Shown: positions 11,556 through 23,331 of the stretch, in pieces
How the letters are laid out: every line of letters begins with the position of its first letter
How positions within the stretch are numbered: position 1 is the stretch's first letter
DNA from: Octopus sinensis
Taxonomy: Eukaryota
Length of the DNA: 34,644 bases
Assembly (NCBI RefSeq): GCF_006345805.1
Contig: NW_021831678.1
Span: 1 to 34,644 of the forward strand
Direction of reading: 5' to 3'
Notes under the pieces: model-generated
The model's input: the letters and a program-made list of their open reading frames with translations, nothing else
Databases searched by the model: none
What the model was told of the DNA's origin: nothing
Made by a program: the position numbers and the translations under genes

Positions 11556-11923
11556 TAATAACAATTTATAATTGTCACAAGACCACAATACTGAGGTCAG
11601 GGTTGAGTGGTATTTGATCTCAGGATGTAAAGAGACGAAACGCAACAAGACGCTTTCTCAGAGCGTTCTGTCGATTTTACCAATCTACCATCTATTCCAA
11701 AGAAATCAAGATCATTATCGAACCCGTCACCCTATCGATTGAAATTTCAATTTGTAGAAATTTTAAATTAAATTAAAATCGATACTAATCAATGTAGACT
11801 TAGTACAAGAAAAATGAGAAATCTAAGTAAGCCGTCAGGAATTATCTACGTAAACCGTATGAGTTTGCGTAATGCTTTCAGATTTCTCGTGCAAAGATGA
11901 ATAAGTTTTAATTTGTACAAATA

Positions 11924-12438
11924 ACTAGCAGTATCGCCCGGCGTTGCTCGGATTTGTAAGGGAAATAACTATATAAGCATTTTTAGAGAGTTACTTCCCT
12001 TATAGATGCCAATTCGGGCTTTGTTAGCCATTTCTGTTTTGGTGTCTTCAAGCCATGAAGTCGTTGTTCTAAAAGAACGCTGGTCTCCTTGACAACGCTT
12101 TACGACGTTGATTTCCTTACACTCCCTTCCCCACAGCTTCCCGAGGGAGGGAAGAAGGGGGAGAAGCAAACAGGTGCAGGTGTGACCGTGGACGCCAACT
12201 CCGCCGCCATCGACACACGAAAAATTATGCATTAAAATGGAATAAAAAATGATGTTAAATTATTTTTAAAATCGTAGACTCATCGTAGACGCGCGCTAAT
12301 ACTCAGACGGGCTCGATATGAATTACGACTATAAGATACCTGAATTTGGTTAAACTGCACCGCAAAATGTGGGAGTAGTTAGGAATCTAAATCGAAGGGG
12401 ACAGACACTCACACAACTACAGTTTTATATGTATAGAT
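11924..12438 (+). mobile_element. Non-autonomous Helitron/Helentron (DINE-1/Lep1-like) element
   Basis: 5' ACTAGCAGTATCGCCCGGCGTTGCTCGG and 3' GACAGACACTCACACAACTACAGTTTTATATGTATAGAT match the terminal architecture of that group. Confidence 0.7.
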
Positions 12439-12700
12439 ATGACAATTGTTTAAATTCGTGTGAAAAGAAGGCAGCGAGCGATGCTCACAGGTTTAAAACC
12501 TGCTTGCATTGGAAACGGTATTTGTATTCATCGTAGTGTTGTTGTTTGCAGCAACGAATTTATCACTCCATTTTGCTTTTCTCCTTTAATGACAAGGGGA
12601 CTCATTTAATGACAACGTGATTTGCCTTTCATGAATAACAAATGGTTAAATATCTCCTGCTCTGCTCACAAGCCATATCCAGCTTTTACTTTTCTTAATT

Positions 12701-12702
<2 letters not shown>

Positions 12703-12755
<53 letters not shown>

Positions 12756-12850
12756 GAGAGAGAGAGAGAGAGAGAGAGGACAGAGAGAGAGAAGGGGGGA
12801 AAGAAGGATGGAGAGATAGAGAGAGGGAGAAAGAGAAAGAGAGAGAGAGA
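12703..12850. repeat. (GA)n microsatellite
   Basis: Direct reading. Confidence 0.95.
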
Positions 12851-13237
12851 GGGGGGTGAGAGCAGTGGCAGACATTGGAAATGAGAGGCTATTACTTTTG
12901 AAGATGACAATAGATGGACTACAAAAAAACATATGACATGGTCTCCAATTCTTGTATATTGAGACTCTCAAAACGGTCAAAATTTCAAATAACATCTCTG
13001 AGTTTGTAAGAGTAATCATAGAAAGTTAGCAAACGAATCTAATCGCCAGTGGACATACACTTGGAGATGTTGACTAGAAAGACCCTTTGGTGCTATTTAG
13101 CAAATAGCACTAAGGCAGTCCGTTTTCTCGTCCACTTACCGATGATCTGCTTGTCTAAAATTACCATCCTTTTGCCTCTCTTGAACTTTCCCGGCACCTT
13201 TCTATTCCTTTGGGAGTAGGTTATGCCTCACTAACTA

Positions 13238-13646
13238 TACTCTTTTACACTTTTACTTGTTTCAGTCATTTTGACTGTGGCCATGCTGGAGCACCGCCTT
13301 TAGTCGAGCAAATCGACCCCGGGACTTATTCTTTGTAAGCCCAGTACTTATTCTATCGGTCTCTTTTGCCGAACCGCTAAGTAACGAGGACATAAACACA
13401 CCAGCATCGGTTGTCAAGCAATGCTAGGGGGACAAACACAGACACACAAACATACACATACACACATATATATATATACATATATACGACAGGCTTCTTT
13501 CAGTTTCCGTCTACCAAATCCACTCACAAGGCATCGGTCGGCCCGGGGCTATAGCAGAAGACACTTGCCCAAGATGCCACGCAGTGGGACTGAACCCTGG
13601 ACCATGTGGTTGGTTAGCAAGCTACTTACCACACAGCCACTCCTGC
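13238..13646 (-). mobile_element. SINE family B, near full length
   Basis: Reverse complement of the family B body. Confidence 0.9.
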
Positions 13647-14345
13647 TTTAAACTATGTTTAAATTTCATTCGTAAACATGTTTGTTAACATATTTCCATA
13701 ACATATTCCCATTATAAACAACCGTATTTCGTAAATATGCTTGTTCACATATTTCCATAGTAGTGGCAAACAAGTTATCTGTGTGCAGTTTGAGACCTTA
13801 GTACCCTTCATTTTGTCTTCTATAATAAAAGTGATCTTGCATTAAGTCTTGAAATTTAGGACACTTTGACTCCGAAGGCTTTCAATTAATTATTTAGTCA
13901 AAACTTATCCGGGTGCGTTAATGTTCATCAAACGGTAAAATTTCGGACCGTCCATCTCGGATGCCTTCCCAATAGGTACTTTGGAAGCTTCGCCTATTGT
14001 TTTTCTCTTCTTAGTTCGTTATCTAGGTCCGTCCACTCCAGCTCTTCGTAGTTGATATCTACATCCAAATATCACTCTGAAATTTTCTACATTTCTATGC
14101 ATCTAACACTTCCCCGTTATCAATTTCGGCTCCGTCTATTTTAAAGCAACATTTTCTGATAGTTTGAAACAGCTTGTCTTGCTACAACAGGTCTATTGTA
14201 TTATCTGAATACTTTAACTTAGTTGACTTTGTTGTTACTCGTTACCTCAATTCTCATATAACATTTACCTCCTCCTTATCCTTATTTCCGTTCTATTTTG
14301 CTCTACGTTGTTTTCATAATTCTTTCCTCATTGCAGTTTATTTAA

Positions 14346-14567
14346 CCCTTTTGATACCAACCCGGCCAAAACCGCCTCTGGGTCTGTAGTACAAATGTCT
14401 TGTTTTCATAAGTTTTGAATTAAAATCTTCCACCAAACCTTAGTCACAATTTATGTTCCCAATACTAGCTTAATGATAACTAAGTTCTTTTACTAAATTC
14501 TGTGTTATATTTAAGATAATTTGAATGAAATACAGAGCATCTCAAAAGAAATACGGTAACGAAAGGG
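14346..14567. mobile_element. piggyBac-type MITE (222 bp)
   Basis: TTAA|CCCTTTTGATACC ... GGTAACGAAAGGG|TTAA: 13-bp TIR (2 mismatches), CCC/GGG termini, TTAA TSD. Confidence 0.85.
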
Positions 14568-14832
14568 TTAAAGAGCTGCAATTTGATTCCTTCCTTTCTC
14601 AAATTCATGACAATCTCTGCCTTTTGTCATTATTATTACATTAACATCAAGTTCTCCTTTTATCGTTTCGGAGTGAAACAATTTACTAAGACTCTTGTAA
14701 TGAACATCTTTCTGCTCTAAGAATTAATAAATTTGTTCCAAAATTAAAAAAGTATTATTATTTTTGAGTAAAATACCAATACACGCAATCTCAGTAACGC
14801 TAGGGTACAAATATACGAAGCCCAATATTTAA

Positions 14833-15243
14833 TTCTTTAATGCCCACAAAGGGCTAAACATAGAGGGGGCAGACAAAGACAGAAAAAAGGATTAAGTCGA
14901 TTACATCGACCCCAATGTGTAACTGGTACATTATTTATCGACCCTGAAAGGATGAAAGGCAAAGTCGACCTCGGCGGAATTTGAACTGAGAACGTAATGG
15001 CAGACGAAATAGCGATGTCTTTACTACCGACAAGGAGTTAAACACAGAGGGAACAAACAAGGCAAGACAAACGGATTAAGTCGATCATATCGACCCCAGT
15101 GCGTAACTGGTACTTAATTTATCGACCCCGAAAGGATGAAAGGCAAAGTCAACCTCGGCGGAATTTGAACTCAACGCAGCGGCGGACGAAATACCGCAAA
15201 GCATTTCGCTCGGCGTGCTACGTTTCTGCTAGCTCACCTCCTT
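14833..15243 (-). mobile_element. SINE family A, dimeric copy
   Basis: Two tandem monomer bodies; junction equivalent to the 218-618 copy. Confidence 0.9.
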
Positions 15244-15625
15244 ATATGAAGCCCAATATACTCATGACTACTCGTCTGATAAGGGTACACCAGGCACATG
15301 CATCACAATCATATGTGCGTGATATGGTGACTTCATATCAAGATAGAAAGCCCATGCTGTTGCAGTTGGAGTCCAGTTATAATTTCTTCTGGTTGAGTAC
15401 CTCACCAACCTCAAAAGGTTCCTGCATAACGGTTGTTAAAAGATGATGAAAGAAAAACTCATGCTTCTATGAGTGTATCATTCTAACCCCCAAAGAATCT
15501 TCCGTAATATATCCTATGATGCTCCCACACTAATCCTATTCGTGATCAGAGACACACATATCGTGAACGATATTTCGATATCTTGTGTGTCTTCAACAGG
15601 TTCAAAAAATAATTTTGTCAATCTA

Positions 15626-16901
15626 TCAGGTCTGTCCGAATTTTGAATAAAAAAACAAGTGATCAGATGTTATATTTGATTGAAATTAATCATCACTGTA
15701 CTTTCCATGATTATCTATGACTTCCTTCCATCTATTTACTAGTGTTTTAATCCCGTCAATGTAAAACTCTTTTGGTTTCAAAGCGAAGAACTCTGAAATG
15801 TCAGTTTCGATCTCCTCCTGGCTTGCGAAAGATATGCCCCCCAAATGATTGTGTAAACTACGAAACAAATATTAGTCTGAAGGATCAAGGTCAGGAGAAA
15901 AAGGTGGATGAGGATTTCTTTTCCAACCAAGCTCTTCGATGTTCTGTAATGCGATCTTTGCAGTGTGGGGTCGCACATTGTCCTGATGAAACCTCACACC
16001 TTTTCGATTCACTAAAGCGGGGCTTTTTTATTCAAAGCTTGGTTCAAACGCTGTAATTGCTGACAGTAGACTTGAACATTGATCGTTGCATTATGTGGTA
16101 ACAATTCAAAGTGAATTATTCCTTTGCAATCCCACCAGATAGAGAGAAGAACCTTTTCCCCATGAAGTTTCCTACTTGGTTGTGGTTGAGCATTTTCCCT
16201 TTTACCAAGCGACTGTTTACGACGTTTAACATTTCGATAGAAGATCCAATTTTCGTCACCAGTGACAAGTCTATCCAAAAAGGGTGGTACGAGTTCGCGA
16301 GAATGGAGAGAAGAGAAGATGTCAACACAGAATTCACGGTTGCTTTCAGACAATTCATGAGGCACCCATTTTCCAAGTTTAGGAACATTTCCAAGTTGTT
16401 GCAGATAATGATGAACAGTTGTATGGTTTGAACTAAGCTTTATTGCCAATTCTTCGACTAATAATGCAGGATTTTCTTCAAGTAATACCTCAAGGATCTT
16501 ATCATCAAACTCAACTTGACGTCCTGTTCGATCTTCATCTTCAAGGCTGAAATCTCCACTTCTGAATTTTGCAAACCATCTTCTGCAAGTTCTTTTATTC
16601 AAGCATTCTTTCCCATAAACTGAGTGCATGTTTCGAGTTGCTTCGGCTGCAAAGTTTTCTGTTTTGTACTCATAAAGCATTATGTGCTTCAAATGCTCTT
16701 TGGATACTTCCATATTAGAAAGGGTGTTAATCAAAGAAATTTTAATTCTATTATTCTGTAAAATAATATTTAATTAGGTTAAATGTACACAAATGCATAA
16801 AAATAATTTTCAATTCCATTAGAGATTCTAAAATTCTATTAAATTCCATTCAATTTAAAAAAAAAACGTAAAATCTGCTAGAACCTTATGGTATGACCTG
16901 A
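15626..16901 (-). mobile_element. Full-length mariner transposon (1276 bp)
   Basis: TA|TCAGGTC ... GACCTGA|TA termini with TA TSD; transposase inside. Confidence 0.9.
15686..16713 (-). pseudogene. Mariner transposase (DD34D), inactivated
   Basis: WVPHELS, LVTGDENW, HQDNVRPH, PFSPDLDPSD (34 residues between the last two D); frameshift near 16030 and in-frame TAA at 15872-15874. Confidence 0.95.
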
Positions 16902-17090
16902 TACTTCATTTTGGCTAATACATAAAGGATCGAAGTACGGATATCTGGGTCGATAAAATAGATATCAATCATGTACTAGGGTCCATGCAACCGATTTCCT
17001 TTTCCTTTAGAACTGCTGGTCATGGGCCAAAATATGAAACCATCATATATTCATATATATATATATGTGTGTGTGTGTGTATGTGTGTGT

Positions 17091-17340
17091 GGAGGCGCGT
17101 GGCTTAGTGGTTAGGGTGTCAGCATCATGAACGTAAGAGTGTGGTTTCGATTCCTGGAAGGGGCGACGCGTTGTGTTCTTCAGCAAAACACTTCATTTCA
17201 CGTTGCTCCAGTCCACTCAGCTGTCAAAAATGAGTAACACTGCGATGGACTGGCGTCCCGTCCAGATAGGGAGCACGTACGCCATAGAAACCGGAAACTG
17301 GGCCTATGAGCCTGGTTAGGCTTTAAAAGGGCGCATTTAT
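17091..17340 (+). mobile_element. SINE family C
   Basis: Close match to 1471-1725. Confidence 0.9.
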
Positions 17341-19351
17341 TTTACATATATATATATACATATATACAAACCCAGACACACATATGTGCAATATATAGTT
17401 CAATTGTTTTCAGTACATTTAGTGCACTTATTTCATCATTTCCAGCGGGACGCAAATAAAGTTGATCTAAGTGGAAGTTGAACTTAAATCTCAGAGCCAG
17501 GAAATAAAATGCTATATTGTATTTCCTCCGATAGTTCTAAGTCATTTGTTACCTCACCAGCCTCAACTACAACAACAATTTTAACAACATCAATCGCGCA
17601 ACATAATAAAGAGAAACATATGCAAAAAAAAAAAAACAACACCAAAAAGAAAAAAAAAACACACACACACAAAGAAACACAAATCCCCAAAACAACAACA
17701 AAGCCATGAAACAGAACTAGTATGTCGTCAATAAAGGGGATGAAATGGAAATGTAGAAATTTTGAAAGGATTCTGAATTTTAGGTATAAAAAAATAATGT
17801 TCTGCTTGGAATTTCAATGGAGATTTCAGATTGCCAACATAGATATTCTCATCTCTTCCCTTTTTATTCTCTTACAATAATATTAATTCAAATCGTTTTC
17901 TTCATCCATGCTTTATTCATCATTCACTCCCCAACCTACTCCCTCCTACATTCTTCTTCTTCTTCTTCTTCTTGGTCTCAATGTCTAACCTACGTTTAAT
18001 CTTCTACTTTCATTTTCCCTCTTGTCTGTCAATTTCTCACTTTCTCATCATACCCACACTTTTCCTCTCCTCTTTATCTTTCACCATCATCCTTTCACTT
18101 ATTTTCCTTTCTTTCTTTCTTTCTTATATTTTTCATCTTCATTATTTTTATTTTTTATTTTTTTCAATTAGTTAGCCTCATCTTCGAAAATTCAATCTAT
18201 TTATTCCAATTCCATATTGCCTCATTTGAAAGCGGAAAGTTTCTTGGTCGATTTTTTGGTCTTTTCTGTCCCAATTGTTCTCGAGCTGCTTTTTCTAGCG
18301 TCTAATTCAGATTTAGCTGTTTGATTGTTAGAACATTTTTCTTTTCATTTCCAGTTTATCTATGATTTCTTTGCCCGATTTCTATTATTTTATTTCTTTC
18401 TTTCATCTACTACTCAACCATTCCTATGTAAAAATAAATAAAAATAACTAAATTAAACGAACAAAAACAAACACAAAAATCTATATTCAAATGTCATTTT
18501 CTGGTGATCGGGCCAAAATTGTTCTTTTTCTTTCTCTCTCTCTCTCTCTCTCTCTCTGTGAGTGTACTTTGATGGATTCCACATATATTCTTCTCGTTCT
18601 GGACAATTGATAGGAAGGCAGCTGTTGGTGATTAGGATTCAATGCCCCCACACACCCCAACCTCAATCTTTATATGAAACAATAAAAAAAAAAGAAGAGA
18701 GAGTGAGCGAGGAAAATATCGAAAAAATAAATGGAAACCCACAACATTTTAACGTTTGAAAAGCTTTAAACTTCAAATTTGTAGAAAAGCATTTGTGTTG
18801 CCATTTTCAATGAATTTTCTTCAAAAGAATTGAAAGCATATTTTTCTATTCGATCAGCTCCATTAAACTTAGAATTCTTTCCACTAGAGCTCAGATAATT
18901 TTTCAAACGAATAAATTCTAGAACTCGCTCAAAAATTATTTGCTCTATTTTAATTTTGTTATTTGTTGTCTCGACATATTTTCTTAACAAACATGTTTTT
19001 CTTCAAAAAAAAAAAAAAAAAAATTCTAAAAAAAAAAAAGATAATTTTTCGATAATTATTTGTAAATCAGTTGCAAGCGTTTAAAAACCCATGAGATGAA
19101 GAATACGATGAGGTTTTCGATTCCTGTTTAAACCACAACAAGTCATTTTCGTTCCAAATGCACTTGGAAAATGCATAAAATTTACAAGAAATTATTTATT
19201 TGCCCTCCCCGCTCCATGAAGATATGTGCCATTGTGACAGAGAAAATGAGCTGCGATTAAAATATGCAGTAGTGAATCCATACTTTAAAATTTCAGAATT
19301 TCTGGATTCATGCAATTTAAATTTACTTACGCTCATAATAAAATGCAAGAG

Positions 19352-19590
19352 GGCGGCGAGCTGGGTTCAAATTCCGCCGAGGTCGACTTTGCCTTTCATC
19401 CTTTCGGGGTCGATAAATTAAGTACCAGTTACGCACTGGGGTCGATGTAATCGACTTAATACGTTTGTATGTCCTTGTTTGTCTCCTCTATGTTTAGCCC
19501 CTTGTGGGTAATAAAGAAACAGATAATAAACTGCAAGAGTTGAACATGAGGGTAATCTACATCACCTTTCCTTCAATACAAGACCCAGCG

Positions 19591-19664
<74 letters not shown>

Positions 19665-19670
19665 TTCTCT
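19352..19670 (+). mobile_element. Composite SINE A + 70-nt extension + (CTAT)n, head internally deleted
   Basis: Same extension as 6376-6445. Confidence 0.9.
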
Positions 19671-20012
19671 CTCTTTCTGTATATAAATATTAATTATTGA
19701 TATATCTTTGTTGTGGTTAGTTTAAAATTTGGGATGGGGCAGATTTATAAAATTCACTTCCTGCAGCTAAAATGAATCACGGAAAAAAGCAAGCGGATAG
19801 TATGTGTTAACCCGGAAAAAGCAACTCGGTTTCAATTAACTGTGGCTATTTTAGATTTAACTGTTTTAAAGGCATTTGTAAAAGTTATCAATACAGGCTT
19901 TCTGTTTATAGAAACAATCGGGAAAAAAAAATAGTGATAAATTTGCGAAAGAGTATTTTTCCCAAGAAAATCTGATGATTACTTATGATATAATGTTGAA
20001 GCGCTTGATTTG

Positions 20013-20677
20013 GATCTTTACCATTTGACCGACAGATTAAAAAATAATTTTTTGTAACAAAACACCTTCAAAATTCGGACACTGGTAGAATGTGTCATAT
20101 AAAACATCTTTTACTCTTAGCATTTTTGAGAAAAGAAAACTTATACTTACAAAGTTGTTTCACGTTAAAGTAGTCGTATTGCAGTAATTTCAACCAATCA
20201 AACATGTGTGTTCAACTGAATAAAATTACTATCGGCGGTGTATTTTTCGTTTGTCACTCTTATTTATGACATTGTTCGTGCGTTTGTACTGGTTTTAGCT
20301 TGAAGGTTTAGGGTTAGCGATAGGGTTTTAAGGTTAGGGATAAGGTTTTAGGGTTAGGAATAGCATTTTAGGGTTAGGGTTAAGGTTAAGGCTTTAGGGT
20401 TAGTGTTAGGGATGTCATAAATTACAGTGACAAAGGAAGTTCTTGTTGACAAACAACAGCAGTAATTTTATTCAGCTGAATACATGTCATTGATTGGTTG
20501 AAATTACCGAAATAGGACAAATTTAACGTGAAATAACTTCGTAAATATAAGTTTTTCTAAAAGCTGCTAAGAGTAAAATATGTTTTATATGACACATTCT
20601 AACAATGTACGAAGTTTGAAAGTGTTTAGCTGCAAAAAGATATTTTTTAAAAATCTGTCGGTCAAAAAGTAAAGATC
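20013..20677. mobile_element. Foldback/MITE-like element with about 260-bp imperfect inverted arms and a TTAGGG-like core
   Basis: Arm 20013-20272 is the imperfect reverse complement of 20412-20677 (e.g. GACCGACAGAT/ATCTGTCGGTC, GAATGTGTCATATAAAACAT/ATGTTTTATATGACACATTC). Confidence 0.85.
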
Positions 20678-21170
20678 TCTTGATTTTTTTACGCTCAGGA
20701 AAGTAAAAAAAATGAAATCGTCATAAGTTACTCAAATTTTATTAGGTATATTACAAAGATTGGTGAAATAAGCATCAAAATTACACCTCAAGATTATACA
20801 GTTGTGGGCACGATAAAAGAAGTAGCTTCCAGATAATGATTAAAAGCAACTGAGGGGAAGAAGTTTTCTTTCTTGTTATAACCCTATTAATATAAATATC
20901 GTCGATAATTCTAATATTCTTTAGAAAAGATTGACAGACACAACCAGTCCGATGAGAATATAAATAGAACAAAAGTTCAGTTACATTTTGAAAGTAAAGC
21001 CTAAGAATCGAACAAAATATGATAATGCAAGCATTCAACGGAAGGGACTAATGTTAGGTTGAGCTCAAAATGCAGTAAAACAAGAAAACAAGAAAAACTG
21101 TGTTGGAAATGAAGTCAGTGTTAAATATCTTTTGTTTCTGCAAAAAAAAAGCCATTTATGCACTAAAATA

Positions 21171-21397
21171 TAGGCGTAGGAGTGGCTGTGTGGTAAGTAG
21201 CTTCCTTACCAACCACATGGTCCCGTGTTCAGTCTCACTGCATGACACCTTGGGCAAGTGTCTTTTACTATAGCCTCAGGCCGACCAAAGCCTTGTGAAT
21301 AGATTTGGTAGACGGAAACTGAAAGAAGCCCGTCGTATATATGTATATATATATGTATGTATGTATATGTATATATATATATATATGTGTGTGTGTG

Positions 21398-21428
<31 letters not shown>

Positions 21429-21595
21429 ATGTATGTGTGTGTGTTTACGTCCCCATAACTTAGAGGTTTGGCAAAAGAGACCGATAGAATAAGTACTAGG
21501 CTTACAAAAAGTAAGACCCAGGGTCGATTTGCTCGACTAAAAGATGATGCTCCAGCATGGCCACAATCAAATGACTGAAACAAGTAAGTAAAGAG
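21171..21595 (+). mobile_element. SINE family B, full length
   Basis: TAGGCGTAGGAGTGGCTGTGTGG head to ATGACTGAAACAAGTAA tail. Confidence 0.9.
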
Positions 21596-21665
21596 AGAGA
21601 CCTATGTTCCTTTCAATTTCTCTATAAATGCCGTGCTAAACGAAAGGTTCCTTTCTCAAATTTAC

Positions 21666-21879
21666 CCAAGCTTTTGTCTGAACGGTCTCGTAGCTGCAAG
21701 AGGCTTCATCGGCATCCTCAAAACTATATGTTCTCATTCGGACATTTTCTACCATCGTTCGGCCTCCAAAAAACTGATAACATAATAGAACTGCATATAT
21801 GCAATTTCCAGACATAATTTCCTACTAACTTCTGCACCGAAACGCACATGGTGCAAAAATAACTGAATCAAGTTATCTC
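21666..21879 (-). CDS. Candidate host-gene exon (possible first coding exon, MSGNCIYAVLLCYQFFGG...KAW)
   Basis: Strong acceptor CTTCTTTTTTCTTTCTTGCAG|G, donor TGG|GTAAAT, 50-codon open frame from ATG 21815 in non-repetitive sequence; no homologue recognised. Confidence 0.3.
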
Positions 21880-22089
21880 CTGCAAGAAAGAAAAAAGAAG
21901 CATCTCTCCTGAAAAAAATCCCGTAAACCAAAAAAAAAAAAATCCAGACCACATTGTTGGATTAAGTATCAATTTCATCTATTACATATTTTATTTATTA
22001 TTCTATTTTATCTTTCACTTAGGCCCACATCTTAGTTAAAGTTGCGATCGTCATTTTGTTTGTTTATATTTTCAATAACTGTTCTCGAT

Positions 22090-23270
22090 ATAATAATTTT
22101 CCAGATACTCTATCTTCTAATTAGCCTTAAGATTAAATTAAATAACGTTTAATATTGATACCGTCAAATTAGCCTTAGGATTAAATTAAATAACGTTTAT
22201 ATTGTTTAATATTGTTAATAATTATTGTTAATTAGCCTTAAGATTAAATTAAATAACGTTTAATATTGATACCGTCAAATTAGCCTTAGGATTAAATTAA
22301 ATAACGTTTAATATTGTTTAATATTGTTAATAATTATTGTTAATTAGCCTTAAGATTAAATAAATAACGTTTAATATTGTTTTAATATTGTTAATAATTT
22401 TTCAGATACTCTATCTTCTAATTAGCCTAAGATTAAATTAAATAACGTTTAATATTAAAAACGTCTAATTAGCCTTAGGATTAAATTAAATAACGTTTAA
22501 TATTGTTAATAATTATTGTTAATTAGCCTTAGGATTAAATTAAAAACGTTTAACATTGTTTAATATTGTTAATAATTACTGTTATTAGCCTTAAGATTAA
22601 ATTAAATAACGTTTAATTTGTTTTAATATTGTTAATAATTCTTCAGATACTCTATCTTCTAATTAGCCTTAAGATTAAATTAAATAACGTTTAATATTAC
22701 CCACACTCTAATATAATATTAACATTGCTAATATATTTTCAGATACTCTATCTCCTGATTAGCCTTAAGATTAAATAACGTTTTTATCCACACTCTAATA
22801 TAATATTAATATTGCTAATATATTTTCAGATACTCTATCTTCTAATTAGCCTTAAGATTAAATTAAATAACGTTTAATATTAATAACGTCTAATTAGCCT
22901 TAAGATTAAATTAAATAACGGTTAATATTGCTTAATATTGTATATATAATTTTTCAGATACTCTGTCTTCTAATTAGCCTTAAGATTAAATTAAATAACG
23001 TTTAATATTACCAACACTCTAATATAATATTAATATTGCTAATATATTTTCAGATACTCTATCTCCTAATTAGCCTTAAGATTTAACAACGTTTTTATCC
23101 ACACTCTAATATAATATTAATATTGCTAATACATTTTCAGATACTCTATCCTCCCCCCTAATTAGCCTTAAGATTAAATAACGTTTTTACCCAAATAACG
23201 TTTTTACACACAAACTTTAATATTGTTAATATTTCTTTTTCAAGTACTCTATCTTCTAATTAGCCTTAAT
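22090..23270 (+). repeat. AT-rich tandem array, 17 copies of core TAATTAGCCTTAAGATTAAATTAAATAACGTTT
   Basis: TTAGCCT counted 17 times; linkers drawn from a few recurring types. Confidence 0.9.
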
Positions 23271-23331
23271 ATCTTCCTGTCTTCTCTCGAACATAATTAG
23301 ATAGATAAAAACGATAGACGGATTATCCAGC

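Noticed and set aside
13140-13206. Minus-strand segment ending in a perfect GTAAGT donor
   Set aside because: No convincing polypyrimidine acceptor and no recognisable protein
13990-14330. Possible old RTE RT remnant on the minus strand
   Set aside because: Only vague similarity (KIDGAEID); no diagnostic motif
20305-20411. True chromosome end / telomere
   Set aside because: Short, degenerate, and internal to an inverted-repeat element
22090-23270. Repeat-spacer appearance resembling a CRISPR array
   Set aside because: Linkers are themselves repeated and variable in length, the context is eukaryotic, and no cas genes are present
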